NCBI RefSeq assembly: GCF_964213995.1
Contig: NC_135805.1
Span: 57,536,001-57,600,000 of the forward strand
Reading direction: 5' to 3'
Length of the DNA: 64,000 nt
Source: Mustelus asterias
Taxonomy: Eukaryota
Part shown: positions 23,693-37,085 of the stretch, in pieces
Numbering within the stretch: the stretch's first letter is position 1
Layout of the letters: every line of letters begins with the position of its first letter
Position numbers and translations under genes: made by a program
Notes under the pieces: model-generated
What the model saw: the letters and a program-made list of their open reading frames with translations, nothing else
Databases searched by the model: none
Told to the model about the DNA's origin: nothing

Positions 23693-24722
23693 CATTTTGA
23701 TTCTAAGTGCTGGGCGGAATTGAAACTGTGAGTGTTTCAGATCCGCCTATTAGACCCGTTCTGAGGCACCCCCATACACACTTTGTTTGCAAAAATATCA
23801 GCAAGCCCGAATTGAGCTGCACAAACCAGTGGGTGGGGCTTAACGCACCCAAAACCCTGCAGCTCCGATTGGCATCTCCAACTGCGCATGCGCAGAAAAA
23901 AAGACAGAATGCTGCTCCCCTGCCACATCCCTCCCTGGCCGGATAATGCCTCCCCCTGGCTCCCACAGACATTGCCCCACCACCCCTAACATTACTGACC
24001 CCCTTCTTCCCCCAACCCCCTGCCACCCAGACCAATTGTGTGCCCCACCCCCGTTCCCCCCCACCAATGTCAGGCAGAGTGACAGTGGACCCCCCCCTTC
24101 CCTCTCACTGATCTCAGGCAGAGTGGCAGCGGACCCCCCCCTTCCCCCCTCAACTGATCTCAGGCAGAGTAGCAGCAGACCCCCCCTTTCGCCCCCACTG
24201 ATCTCAGGCAGAGTGGCAGTGGACCCCCCCTTCCCTCTCACTGATCTCAGGCAGAGTGGCAGTGGACCCCTCTTCCCCCCTACTGACTTAGGCAGAGTGG
24301 CAGCAGAACCCCCTTCCCCCCCCCACCAATCTCAGGCAGAGTGGCAGCGGACCCCCCATCCCCGCCACTGATCTCAAGCAAAGAGCCGTCGGACATTTGG
24401 CACTTACCTCCCCACTAACCCTCACTGGAGCGTCCGAATCGGACTTATATGGAGCATGTCTGTTTCACGCCAATTCCGGATGGGTGAACACCCGGGGGAA
24501 GTGCCAGTAAAGTTAGGCGTGCAGCCCATTAAATCAATTTAAATACATGCAAATGTATTTAAATGGCCATTGCGCCTGTTTCAGACATGGTCCCGATCAC
24601 AGCCATTTTCGGGCCTTGATAAAGGGGGAACCAGCGCAGAGGCAGGCACGGATTGCGCTACTCACCTCACGCCCGACTTTATCAAGTTTTCACACTCAAA
24701 AACATGATGGTAAAACAGGCCC
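23693..24722. mobile_element. Non-autonomous PIF/Harbinger-like element, left TIR deleted
   Basis: Right end ggtaaaacaggccc followed by TAA; left subterminal sequence resembles the inverted right end of the MITE at 55010-55811. Confidence 0.65.
24060..24385. repeat. Minisatellite, 8 units of ~41-46 bp
   Basis: ctgatctcaggcagagtggcagcggaccccccc.. unit recurs at 24071, 24115, 24161, 24205, 24248, 24289, 24333, 24375. Confidence 0.9.
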
Positions 24723-25369
24723 TAAGGAACAATTTAATATAGCCAATCAACCTAACTTGCACATCTTTAGACTGTGGGAAGAAACTGGAGCATCCGGAGG
24801 AAAGCCTCACAGACGTGTGCAAACTCCACACAGTCACCCAAGGCCGGGACCCTGGCACTGCGAGTCATCAGTGCTAACCACTGTGCTGCCCACTGTGCCA
24901 CCGTGTCACCCTAATTTTAGTTTAATTTTGCAAGATACCTGCATATAATCTCACTATATGTATGACCTGCAGATGTCTGCTTATCACATAGATCAGAAAT
25001 ATTAAGGGTGCTATGCCACAAAGTATGAGACTGAAGTGCGCGCTTGCACATCCGTGCGTGTGTGTGTGTGTATGCCGGGGGTGGGGGGGCGGTTGGTGAT
25101 GGTGGTGTTGGTGGGGGAAGATTGTCTCTTCATGACCACCTGACAGAGAAGAGTTGTTTTTTTCCTTCTTATTTTCTTTTCTTTTGGTTCAGGTAAATTG
25201 GAATCGAAGGTTGCCAGGCTAAAACTGTAATAGAACAATGGTCTGCTTCTAAAGAGGAGTTAGTTTAGGTACAGTATATTCCCAGGAGGAGGAAAGGTAG
25301 TACAAACAAACCCAGAGCTTCTTGGATGATAAAAGAGATGGAGAGCAAGATGGATTACAAAAACAACAA

Positions 25370-27160
25370 TAACTCATTTATAAAGATTCTTTAACATAAT
25401 AAAATATCCCAAAGTGCTTCACAGGAGCAATGCAATGCAAAGTGCGGCACCGTGCCACATACGGACACATTAGGTCAGATGACCGAAAGAGATTAGCTTT
25501 AGGGAGTGCCTTAAAGGGAGAAAGAAAGGTGGAGAGGTGCAGAAAGCATGTTCCAGAGCATGGGGAATAGGCAACTGAAGGCATGGCCACCAACAGTGGG
25601 ATTATTAAAATTGGGGTGAACAAGATGCCAGAATTAGAGGAAAGTAGGCATCTCAGAAGGTTGTGGAGCAAGAGGAGATTACAGAGACATGGAGAGGCAA
25701 GGCGGGAGGGATTCAAAAACCAGGATGAGAATTTTAAAATTAACATGCTTGACTGGGAGCCAATGTGGTTAGTGAGCAGAGGGTGAGGGCAAAATGGGAC
25801 TTGCTGCAAGTTAGGACACCGGCAGCAGTGATTTGAATGACTCAAGTTTGCAGGGGGTAGAATATGGGAGATCAGTCAGGGATGCACAGGAATAGTTGAG
25901 TCCAGAGCTAATGAAGTTAAATGAGTAAGATGGGTATAGAGAGATATGGGCTAAATGCAGGCAATTGGGACTAGCTTAGGGGTTTAAAAAAAAGGGCGGC
26001 ATGGACAAGTTGGGCCAAAGGGTCTGTTTCCATGCTGTAAACCTCTCTATAATGAATGCATGAATGAGGATTTCAGCAGCAGGTAAGCTCGAGGGTTAGG
26101 GGTGAGGTTGGGTGTTCTTATGGAGGTGGAATTAGGCAGTTTTAGTGATGGCATGGTCAGAAGCTGATTTCACAGTCAAATGTGACACCTAGGCTACAAA
26201 TGGACTGGTTTAATCACGGACTGTTGCCAGAAAGAGGAACGGAGTCAGTAGCTAGGGAACAGAGTTTGGAACAGAGACCATAAAGAATGGCTTCAGTCTT
26301 TCCAATATTTATTTGGAGGAAATTTCTGTTCATCCAGTACTGGATGTAAGATTAGCAGTCCGATAATTTCACAACAGTGGAGGAGTCAAGAGAGGTCAGT
26401 GCAGGAGTTTAGCTTGTGAACTAGAGCTGCATGTTGTTATTGTACATGTTAGAATTAACCCTGTACTTTTGGGTGGTGTCACTGAGGGCTAACATGTAGA
26501 TGAGATATAGGAAGAGCCAAGGCAGGAACAGTGCAGGAGCGGGAAGAGAAGTCATTGCAAGTGATTCTCTGGCTATGATTGGACAGATAAGAATGGAACC
26601 AGGGTAAGAGCAGTCCTATCGGGGAGGCGATGGCCTAATGGTATTATCACTAGACTATTAATCTAGAAATTAATCTCAGCCAATATTCTGGGGACCTGGG
26701 TTCGAATCTCGCCATGATAGATGGTGGAATTTGAATTCAATAAAAATAAATCTGAAATTAAGAATTTACTGATGACCATGAAACCATTGCCAATTGTCAG
26801 AAAAATCCATCTGGCTCACTAATGTCCTTTAGGGAAGGAAATCCTTACCTGGTTTGGCCTACATGTGACTCCAGAGCCACAGCAGTATGGTTGACTTTCA
26901 ATTGCCCTCTGAACAAGGGCAACTAGGGATGGGCAGCAAATACTGGCTAGTCAGTGACTCCCACAAATGACTATTTAAAAAAATCCAACCACTGAAGAGG
27001 AGGAGTGGTCAATGTTGTCAAAGGTTGCAGGTGAGTCAAGAAGGATGGGGATGTAAGTTTACCTTTGTCTGACACATACAATGTAATTTGTGAATTTAAT
27101 AAGACCTGTTTCTACCTGTACTGGAGAAGGGGTGGAAACCCGACTGGAGGAATTCAGGAT
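25370..27160 (-). mobile_element. L2 LINE 3' remnant with nested CR1 tail (~25920-26050) and SINE
   Basis: L2-type 3' end (tcccaaagtgcttcacaggagc) and decayed ORF2 C-terminus (gagaattttaaaatt..gggagccaatgt). Confidence 0.65.
26621..26982 (+). mobile_element. Full-length tRNA-derived SINE with LINE-derived tail
   Basis: A-box tggcctaatgg, B-box ggttcgaatct, tail gggcaactagggatgggca. Confidence 0.85.
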
Positions 27161-27232
27161 TGGGTTAATCTAATTAGCACTATGTTGTGGAAGATGAATT
27201 CCTTGGGTGTACATGAGCTGCATTTTGGTTTT

Positions 27233-27518
27233 CAAAGTTAAATTTATTTTTTAGTGTCACAAGTAGGCTTACATTAACACTGCAATGAAGTTGCTGTGAA
27301 AATCCCCTGGTCGCCACACTCCAGCACCTGTTTGTGTACACTGAGGGAGAATGTAGCATGGACAATGCACCTAACCAGCACATCTTTCAGACAGTGGGAG
27401 GAAACCCATGCAGATACAGAGAGAACATGCAGACTCCACACAGACCGCGGCCCAAGCTGGGAATTGAACCTGGGTCCATGGCGCTGTGAGGCAGCAATGC
27501 TAACCACTGTGTCACCCA
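27233..27518 (-). mobile_element. V-SINE variant with alternative tail
   Basis: Reverse complement of 46431-46745. Confidence 0.8.
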
Positions 27519-27519
27519 T

Positions 27520-29425
27520 TTTCTGGAGTAATACGTTGAAGAACCAATTGGAGATTGGGCTTTGTGAGAGATTTAGTACTATGTGAGGAGAAAGGGCTAA
27601 TTAATAACCTCGCTGTAAAAAAAGCCTTTAGGAAATAGTGATCATAATATGATAGAATTTTACTTTAAGTTGGAAGTGATATTATTCATTCTGAAACTAA
27701 GGTGTTAAATCTGAACAAAAGAAACTGTGAAGGTATAAGGGGCAAGCAGGCTATGGTGGATTTGAAAGATACACTAACATTTTGATGGTAGTCAGGAAAT
27801 GACTAGTACTTAATGATATATTGAATAGTTGACAACAAATCTACATTCCTCTGAGGCACAAAAAAACCGGGGGAAAGGTGAATCACAACATGGCTAAAAA
27901 AAGATGATAAACATTGCATTAGATGAAAGGAAGTGGCCTCTAAAATTGCCAGAATAAGTTGTAAACCTGAGGATTAGGAGCCATTTAGAATCCAGGATGA
28001 ACAAAAAGAATGATAAAGGAAAAGAAAATACGAATACAAGTTAGCGAGAAACAAAAGGTGGACTGCAAGAGCTCGTTCAGGCATGTGAAAAGGAACGCCT
28101 TAACAAAGACAAATGTGGGTCCATTGCAGGCAGAGATAGTAGAATTTATAATGGAGATTACGGAAATGATGGAGAATCTAAGTAATTACTTTGTGCCTGT
28201 CTTCATGGAGTAAGATACAGAAAATCTCCCAGAAATACTAAGGAACTAAGGGGCTTGTGAAAATAAGAGACTGAAAAGTAGAAAATGTAACCTATTACAT
28301 TCAAGAAGGAAGGGGGAGAGAAAACAGCGAAATGCTAGTTTGACATCCGTAGTAGGGAAAATCTATTATAAACAATGTGATAACCAGACACTTGGAGAAT
28401 AATGATATGATTGGGCAGAGTCAACATGGATTTATGAAAGGAAAATCATGTTTGACGAAAGAGTTTTTTGAGGATATTACCTATAGCGTAGATAAAGGAG
28501 AACCAGTAGATATAGAGTATTTGGATTTTCAGAAATTTTCTATAAGGTTAGGAGGTTACTTACCAAAATTAGAGCATGTGGAATTGTGGTTAATATAGTG
28601 GAATGGATTGAAAATTGATTAACAGATAGAGACTAGGAATTAAAGATTAATTCTCAGGATGGCAGGTGGTTACTAGTAGGGTACCGCAAGGATCAGTGTT
28701 AGGGCCACAGCTGTTCACAATTCACATAAATGATTTGGATGTTGGGACGAAATGTAATATTTCCAAATTTGTTGATAGTAGAAAACTGGGTGGGAATATG
28801 AAATTGCAAGGAGGATGGAAGGCGGCTTCAACGGGACCTTGATGAGCTAAGTCAAAAGACAAGAACATGGCAGATGGAATATCATGTGAAAAAGTATGAA
28901 ATTATCCACTTTAGTAGAAAAACAGAAAGACTTTTTTTTTTAAATGGTGAAATGTCGGGCAGTGTTGACATCCAAAGAGACTTGGATGTCCTTGTTCACG
29001 AGTCACTAAAAGCTGGCATGGAGGTGCAGCAAACAATTAGGAAGGCAAATGGCATGTTGGCTTTCATTGCAAGGGGATTGGAGTAGAGGGATAAAGACGC
29101 CTTGCTTCAATTGTATAGAACCTTGTGAGACCGCACTTCCAGGATTGTGCACAGTTTGAGTCACTTTATCAAAGGAAGGATGTACTTGCCATAGAGGAAG
29201 GGTAATGGAGGTTCACCAGGGATGAATGGATTGTCTTATGAGAAAAGAATGAGAAAACTGGGCCTGTAGTCTGTAAAGTTTGGAAGAATGAGATGTGATC
29301 TCATTGAAATTTACAACATGTGGATAGAATGTTTCCCCCTGGCTGGTAAGTCTAGAACCAGGGGACACAATCTCGGAATAAGGGGCAAGATACTTAAGAC
29401 TGAGATGAGGAGGAATTTCTTCCCC
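27520..29425 (+). mobile_element. Degraded CR1 ORF2
   Basis: ORF-track fragments SQHGFMKGKSCLT, YLDFQK, RDLDVLVHESLK; ggggtaccgcaaggatcagtgttagggcca = GVPQGSVLGP. Confidence 0.9.
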
Positions 29426-30677
29426 AGTTCATTGCTCCTATTCACATCACTGCAGTGAAGCTCAATGATATTGCGTGTATGGGGAGGTAGTTGTACACAA
29501 GATGGCTGGAGATTTTAATTATGCAATACAAGTAGCAAAATCAGAAATGCATCTATAAATATTTCACTGCGGAATTCTTCCCCATTGTCTGCACCCAAGT
29601 TATATCCAATCATCAGTTTTAAAGCCCCACACACACTAAGTGTATGGATTAAATTTAGCATTCTATCACATTTCAGCTAAATGCAATTTACCTTCAGCAT
29701 AGTCAAGGCTAAAGAGCAAAGAGAGAAATTGTACGGTTATGTTTGCCAAAAAGTTCTTCAGTATTTGCTTGTAATAATGTGTACCGTGAACAAGATCAGA
29801 TTTACCACCACATGTAAAACATTTTGCACAATAGAAGCTAGAAACAGTTTGTTCCCTCTCTTTCAGTTTAGATATCTAATCTACCTACCTATTCAAATGT
29901 ATACAAAAGATTTTATGGTATTATTCAAAGGACAGCAGGGACTTCTCCCAGTCTTATGGTCAGGCATCCACTCCCAACCAATAGCACTACATTGAATTAC
30001 ACAGGCACTTAAATATATGGGGGATAGGGATAATACAAAGGTCATACCAAATTTAATGACGAGAGCTCATTTAATCTTTTTCTCTCTGTATTCTGGCTGG
30101 CAGCCAGTCAGGCCGAGAGCCAGGCAGGTGGGAATGGTTGTTCTGGAAGGCCACATCCAGGAAGCAGAGAAAACAGGGCTGGAGAGATCAAGGACAGAAG
30201 ATTGGCATTGGAGAGGAGATCATGGATAGATGGTCGATGGGGATGATATTGTGACTGGAAGATTGGAAAGGGAAGGAGAAATCATGAAAGGAAGATCAGG
30301 AGGGATTGTGAAAGTGGTGAGAGAGACCGGAACACTGCAATGAGGAAAGTTGATCACAGGGAGGGAGGCAGATTTGCTTGAGGAGGCAGGGGACGTGAGC
30401 TTTGCCTTCCAACCCAGAAGTAATGCTGCAAAGCCATTTAGCCGCTGGGTCCAATCCTTTTCACCTCCCTTTAGCTGCTGGTTTTCCTGAGCCCCAGGAA
30501 ACTTGTCCCTCCAAAAACCAGCTCTCCTCCCAAGCCTGGATGCAGGCAATCCAGCATCCTTGGACCCCTGAAAACCAAAATATTTTGGACCCTAGCATTC
30601 TACCTCAACATTTTAATGAAAAAAAACTTGACATTTTATATTACACGATTAGTAAATTGATATACAGAAATAAAGCA

Positions 30678-31320
30678 CGTGGGTAGGGTGGTGAAAAAGG
30701 CATCTGGGACACTTGCCTTTATCAACCAAGGCATAGATTACAAAAGCAGGGATGTCATGTTGGAGTTCTATAGAACTTTGGTGAGGCACAGCTGGAGTAC
30801 TGTGTGCAATTCTGGTCGCCACATTACAGGAAGATGGATTGCACTGGACGGGGTGCAATGGAGATTCACCAGGATGTTGTCTGGGATGGAACATTTAAGT
30901 TATGAAGAGAGGTTGGATAGACTTGGGTTGTTTTCATTGGAGCAGAGCAGACTGAAGGGGACCTGATCGAGGTGATAAGAGGCACATGGACAGGGTGGAT
31001 AGGGAGCAGCTGTTCCCCTTAGTTGAAGGGTCAGTCACCAGGGGCCACAAGTTCAAGGTGAGGGGCAGGAAGTTTAGGAGGGATCTGTGGAAAAACTTTT
31101 TTTACGCAGAGTGGTGATGGTCTGGACTGCGCAGCCTGGGAGGATGGTGGAAGCAGGTTGTCTCACATCCTTTAACAAGTATCTGGATGAACACTTGACA
31201 CGCCATAACATTCAAGGCTATGGGCCAAGTGCTGGTAAATAGGATTAGGTCAGGTGCTTCTCACATGTCGGTGCAGACTCGATGGGTCGAAGTCCTCTTC
31301 TACACTGTGTGATCCTGTGA
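30678..31320 (+). mobile_element. CR1 3' fragment
   Basis: KKASGTLAFINQGIDYKSRDVMLEFYRTLV..LSYEERLDRLGLFSLEQ followed by a 3'UTR. Confidence 0.9.
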
Positions 31321-32599
31321 AGAGGGTACAGGACCTCACGAGGGCAGGACATGCGAGTGGCATAACACTTTCAGATGTAAAGCCCCGCCCTCTGACTAAA
31401 CCAGCATTCTCCTGCACAGGCTTCCACAGGACAACACAGCTTGCTCCGTATCTTTGTGTACCTCCCAGCCAAACAGTTATTCCACTCACTCTCTTGTCCC
31501 CTTGCATCCAAGCCTCATAGTGATTCTCCATAAATGTTTTTGTTGTCTCTACATACAAGCAAGTTCTAACACTCATAGCTCGCTGTTTTCTTTCCATGCA
31601 GAAGAAAAGATCATACAACATGGCAAGAGGCAGAGACCCTAGGGTGGGACGATGGTGAGGAGAGGAGGGAATGAGTGGGTGACCCTGTAGCGACAGGCAC
31701 TTTATTGGTCACTGGCCCACTACTCCACTGGGAAGGTGGTCTTGTTCTAGAGGGCTGCAGATATCGCAGGGATCTGCCGTGGTGTTCAGACATGTCGAGA
31801 GAGCTGAACATCTCTGCCTGTAGACTCTGTACTGGGGGAGGGGTCTCACCTAGTCTCACCTAGTCTCAGCTGGATTTCGATGTCCATCCCATCTGCCCCG
31901 TGGAGGGGCATACGGCAAAGGAGAAGGTAGCTGGTGTTGCTGGTGTTATTTCTGCTTTTGCCCCTCAGCAGGGATGGGAGGTGAAGCTGTATAAGCTGCA
32001 TCCATGCCGTGTTAAATGCTGGCCGCAGGAAAGTGCAGCTGAAGGTGAGTGAAGGGCTGGTCAGGTGAAGTGTCTTCCAAGAGATAGACAATCAACTATC
32101 AAGTGATGATATCACTCTCTGATAGAAGTGTTTTGAACAGTGGTCTCTCAGTGGCCATAGCTGGTACTCTTCATTTTCACTGATCAAAGCTTCCCCGCCT
32201 TTATCTGTTTCACTTAAGAAGCTCTTCCCGCTGTCCATTCACCTTGGCGAGTTGCTTACAGGTTGGGAATAGGCAACCTGGCTGGTAAATCCAGAACTGA
32301 AAGTTAAAACAATTCTTTTATTTTAAAAAGTACCTTAATTACTTATCTGACAGATCCAAGGAGGTACCCGGCTCACTTTCAAGCTTATGCTGCAGAAAGT
32401 CCATAGAGGGCATGAGGATGTCAGGATCTCAGCCAGACATCAATTTCTGGGGATTTAACTCCCCACCTATATCCTATCTCGCATCCTCTTACCTATAAAA
32501 ATTCTGCCACATGGCATTGCACAATGAAATATGGGTGTGCCACTGCCACTGACTGTTGTATTAACCTCTCAAACTGAGATCCCAGAATATAGGAATGGG

Positions 32600-33387
32600 A
32601 AACAGTCCAGTCTGTAAACCTGTGTTCAGGACTTAGACACCTTAAATTAGTGTCCTCTGGTTCCTGACATTTCTGTCACTGGGAACAGTTTCTCTCTATA
32701 TTTACACTGTGCAGCTCCTCATGATTTTCATGCCTCTCAGTGCCAGGGACCTGGGCTCGATTCCAACCTCAGGTGATTGTCTGTGTGGAGTTTTCACATT
32801 CTCCCCATGTCAGCGTGGGTTTCCTCCGGGTGCTCCGGTTTCCTCTCACAGTCCAAAGATGTGCGGGTTAGATTGATTGGCCATGTTAAATTGACCCTTA
32901 CTGTCAGGGGGATTAGCAGGGTAAATACGTGAGGTTACGGAGATAGGGCGTGGGTGGGATTGTTTGGGCAGGCTCGATGGGCCAAATGGCCTCCTGCTGC
33001 ACCGTAAGGATTCTATGATCCTGAATACTATCAAATCTCCTCTTAATTTTCCCTTTGCGAAAGAGCTTTACCGATCTAAGTAACCTAAGTCTTCCCCCTC
33101 TCCAAAATCATTCTTGTAAAACTTTTCTGCACCCTCTCCAGTGTCTTCATCTCCTTCCTAAGTTACAATGTTCAGAATGGGAAACAATACTCCAGTTGAT
33201 GCCAAACTAGTGTTTATAAAGGTTAACCAAATCTTCCTTGCTTTTGTACTCTTGCTTCTACTTATAAAGCCCAGGATCTCATATGCTTAATGAACTGCTT
33301 TCTTAACTTGCCCTGCCATCTTCAATGATTTGTACATCTTTACCCTAAGATCCTGCTGCTCCTGTATTCTCTTTGGATTTGCAATTT
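32600..33387 (-). mobile_element. Old CR1 3' fragment interrupted by an HE1 SINE
   Basis: ttttctgcaccctctccag, caatactccagttg, cttgcttttgtactct are CR1 C-terminal motifs on the minus strand. Confidence 0.65.
32735..33020 (+). mobile_element. HE1-type V-SINE
   Basis: Matches 9340-9655. Confidence 0.9.
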
Positions 33388-33682
33388 CATAGAATCATAG
33401 AATCTACAGTGAAGAAGGAGGCCATTTGGCCCATCAAGCCTGCACCAGCAGCAATCCCACCCAGGTCCTGTCCTATCCCCCCCCAACCCCACATATTTAT
33501 GCTCCTAATCCCCCTGACATTAAGGGGCAATTTATCATGGCCAATCAACCTAACCCGCACATATTTGGACTGTGGGAGGAAACTGGAGCACCCCGGAGAA
33601 AACCCACGCACACAGTCATCCGAGGCCGGAATTGAACCCAAATCCCAGGCCTGAGGTAGCATTACTAACCACTGTGCCACCC
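33388..33682 (-). mobile_element. HE1-type V-SINE
   Basis: Reverse complement of the HE1 consensus. Confidence 0.88.
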
Positions 33683-36600
33683 TTTTCTCATTCTTCCTAT
33701 CTAATATTTAGTGAGTTGATATTTAGTTTTTTGTCATGAAAACTGCTAATTGGGCGAATCTAGTAATCTATTGCTCAGATTTTCAGAATGTAAAGCTAAT
33801 AATTGATTTATTTTGCAGTTTCAAAGAACATGGATGTATTTTTTTCTTTTGAAAGGAAAATGTTGGGTATCCAATGTGGCGAGAAGCAGGTACCCACCCT
33901 TCCTCTGCCTCCACCAATTACAAGAACTGAGGGGAATTAAGATGCAATCCGAGAGAGATTATGAGGGGTTGGGAAGTAACAGACCATTTTCAGTGATTGA
34001 TAGGACTAAGGGAATTTAAATGCAAGATATTGAGAAGAGAGAGCAGAAGAAACCTTTAGACTGACCCTTTAAGTATTAAGTATTATTACATCCTTTAAAA
34101 GTCACTTATAAAGGAATCACATTTGTTTTAATATCCGGAGGATCAGTGGTTCCAGGACAGAAGAATACCATTTGACGTATTGTGTCCAATGCTTTTATTT
34201 TATACTATCTTTCAACAGGGTTACTATCGTCTATTGGCTGAAAGTAGTGAACCCAGTTTGAACAGTCCATTATTTTAACGCTGTCAATAATTTCTACATA
34301 TATAAATGGGTCACTGCAAGTGCTAAGATAACATTGATGAGAGAATCTGAGGTACAGTACACAGAACCGAAATTGTTCCCAACAGTGCTAACATTGCTTT
34401 GAGTTTAAGATTAAATCTCCCTGGGATTTTCTCAGTTGTTCACCTTAACCTCAGCAGAAGATATGCAGAAACCAGCGTACAAGCATTAATTGAGGAATCC
34501 CAGTGGCTATGACCGTTAGTTGCTGATATTATTACCCACTTCAGAACTGGCCCACTAATTACTTAGGACCAATGTCACCAACATTCAGAATGACAGAGAT
34601 GTTAAAAGATTTTCATGCTACTAAAATATTAAACAGGATTATTGATGATGGAACTGGCTCATGAAAGATGAACAAAAGATTAAGGGAAGCACTGTTAGCA
34701 CAAAGTACTTAAAGAAATGAAATTTGGGAGGTATTATCCAGCAGCTTTGATTCCTGAGTGTTTAAGTGGCATTGCAAAGCAACTCCTTACATTTACAACA
34801 AAAACTTCCATTTATGCAGCACCTTTAACATCGTAAAACAGCCAAGGAGCCTCAGAGGAGCATGCACAGTTACAGTTGGCACCAAGTCAGAGGAGGAGAC
34901 ATGGGTTGTAACTTTCAAGCTCCAAGCCATTGTGTGGGAGATGGGGTGGATACTCTAAAAATGCAATGCACAGGGGAACCACCCTCGGAATTGGAAATGT
35001 CAGGTGGCTCCGACTGTGACACAGCAATGAAATTTAACGCAGATGGAGGTAAAGTGCTACATTTCAGAAGGGCAGTGTGAGCATGTCATGAATGGAATCA
35101 AAATAAGTAAGGATGGAACTGAAAGTGACCTCAGAGTCTCAGGGAGCTTGACCTTAAGTGTGCCCAACCAATGAGGGGCAGTAATAAATAATGTGATGTT
35201 GAGCTACATAGTTAGAATAGCAAAATATAAGTCAGAAGAGGTAGTGGTCAACGTGTATGATGCTCTGTTAAATTATACATTGTACATTGCAACAAATAAT
35301 CATGAGAGACATTCCAGCATCGAGGCAGTACAAAGAGCCATAAGGATAATTCTGAGGGAGGATGGGAGGGGAGGGATTTTAATCCTTAAAAACAGATGTG
35401 TTTGATAGGATAGGACAAAAGAATGTAAAAAAAAATCTCAAAGCCAAACACAACCCAGCTCCAATTCACTTACTTCTGGTCAACATGGGATGGGTGGTGG
35501 ATGACCAACTTTTTCCAAGACACATATCCCACTTCTAAATATTTGAATGAGGCCGAGTGCCTCAGATTTTACCTCCATTTAAATTCAACCCAACAGCAAG
35601 TGGCAAGGATTGCTGAACCAAGCAGAAAAAGATCTTTCTAATACTGCTTATGGGCTAGGGGGCACAGTAGTGATCCCCCTGCCCACCCGCTTGGCCCATC
35701 AAGCTGACCTGCATTCCACCCTCATCCCCACAATTGGCTATTCACCAATACCCACCGCCCCCCTCCCCCCCACCCCCGGTGCTTCCAGTCTCCCCCACCT
35801 CCAGAACCTTCCAATTCTTATCTCCACACAAGAACTCAGAATTCCCTGACAAAACACCCACCGCACCAGTCCTGCTGACTTTTGATCCCAGCCACTCCCA
35901 TACCAGTCACCTTTCCCTATCCAACTCTGGCCTTTCTCTTCCCCCACCCCAGCCTACATTCTCCTACCAAATCCAACCTTTTGTTTTCCCACCATCCTGA
36001 CACCTATGAAAGGGCATATACTGTAGCTGTAAATCACAGTGGGGGGTAATGTTGTAGTCAAAAAAAGAAGTGCTTCTGGCAACCAGGATCATGATCTCAG
36101 GCAGAAATTTTGTCCCCCGACTTTTGAGGCCAAAACTAATTGTTTGTTATCTGCATCACAAGTTTTTTTCTGTCTCTAGTCAGGCTGATATCTCATTCCA
36201 CTCATACAGCTAAGAAGTGCAGTTTGGTCTACATGTGACTCTAGATTCCAGCAATGGGCATTGGAGACATCGACAAATAAACATCAATGGCTAAAATCAT
36301 AAACTGGGTTGGTGACTTTTGAGCAATGTTACATGCATAAAAAATCTTGCAACAACACAGTTGCTACCATGAATCAACCCGAATCCAGATAATATTGCTA
36401 GACCCCTTCCAAATATCGCAGTGTCATGATGATCATTACTAAGTCTAGCATTCAATTCCAGATAAATTCCTTCAATTTCCAAGGTGGGATTTGAATCTAT
36501 GCTCATCAGAGCATTAAACGAGGTCTCTGGATTACTAGTCTAGCAACATTACCACTACAGTATCAGCTTTCCACAATAGTGGCCTTGCCAGTGGCCTTGC

Positions 36601-36984
36601 CAATAGCTGGTAAAGAAGATGGGGTGAAACTGGTTCAGTGTGTTCACGCAAAACAGGCAACTGCAAATCAGCAACCTACTTTACATCCTGCCTGAATTTT
36701 TTACCCATTAAAATCAAAAGCCTTAAGTTTTATGAAATTAAACTCCAGGGATGCTTCATTTCTTCTCTGGTTTGATGGCCAGTTTAATTCACCGGAAAAC
36801 AAAGTTGGGCAGGGTGTAAAACAGGCAATCAATCTGCTATTTTCAGTTTACATTACTGCCCAAGGATAGCTGCAACACTGTAATCTCTCCAGTAACAAGG
36901 ATAGCTTGTGCACACTGCCTTTGCACTGAATCCGTAACACAGTGGGCTTTATCTTCCCAAAACAAGAGGGCTGGTCATCTCTTG

Positions 36985-37085
36985 TCAGAACAGAAAGGTC
37001 ATCAAGCTGGAAGATTAAACCTATCTTCCTCTCTCCACAAGAGCTACCTGACCGGCTGAGGTTTTCCAGCATTTTCTGTTTTTAA
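36985..37085 (+). mobile_element. Penelope-like family A relic
   Basis: ctctctccacaagagctacctgaccggctgaggttttccagcattttctgtttt. Confidence 0.55.

Larger units (their letters stand above)
23571..24912 (-). mobile_element. HE1-type SINE split (23571-23692 and 24723-24912) by a MITE
   Basis: ..catcttgggacac | taaggaacaattt.. rejoins the HE1 consensus gggacactaaggggcaattt. Confidence 0.8.

Noticed and set aside
24060-24385. Repeat-spacer pattern resembling a CRISPR array
   Set aside because: The linkers are homologous C-rich tracts, not unique spacers. No cas genes; eukaryotic transposon context.
31320-32510. Possible further Harbinger-like remnant (also 44930-45635 and 36620-36865)
   Set aside because: Resembles old DNA-transposon debris, but I could not define paired TIRs or TSDs.
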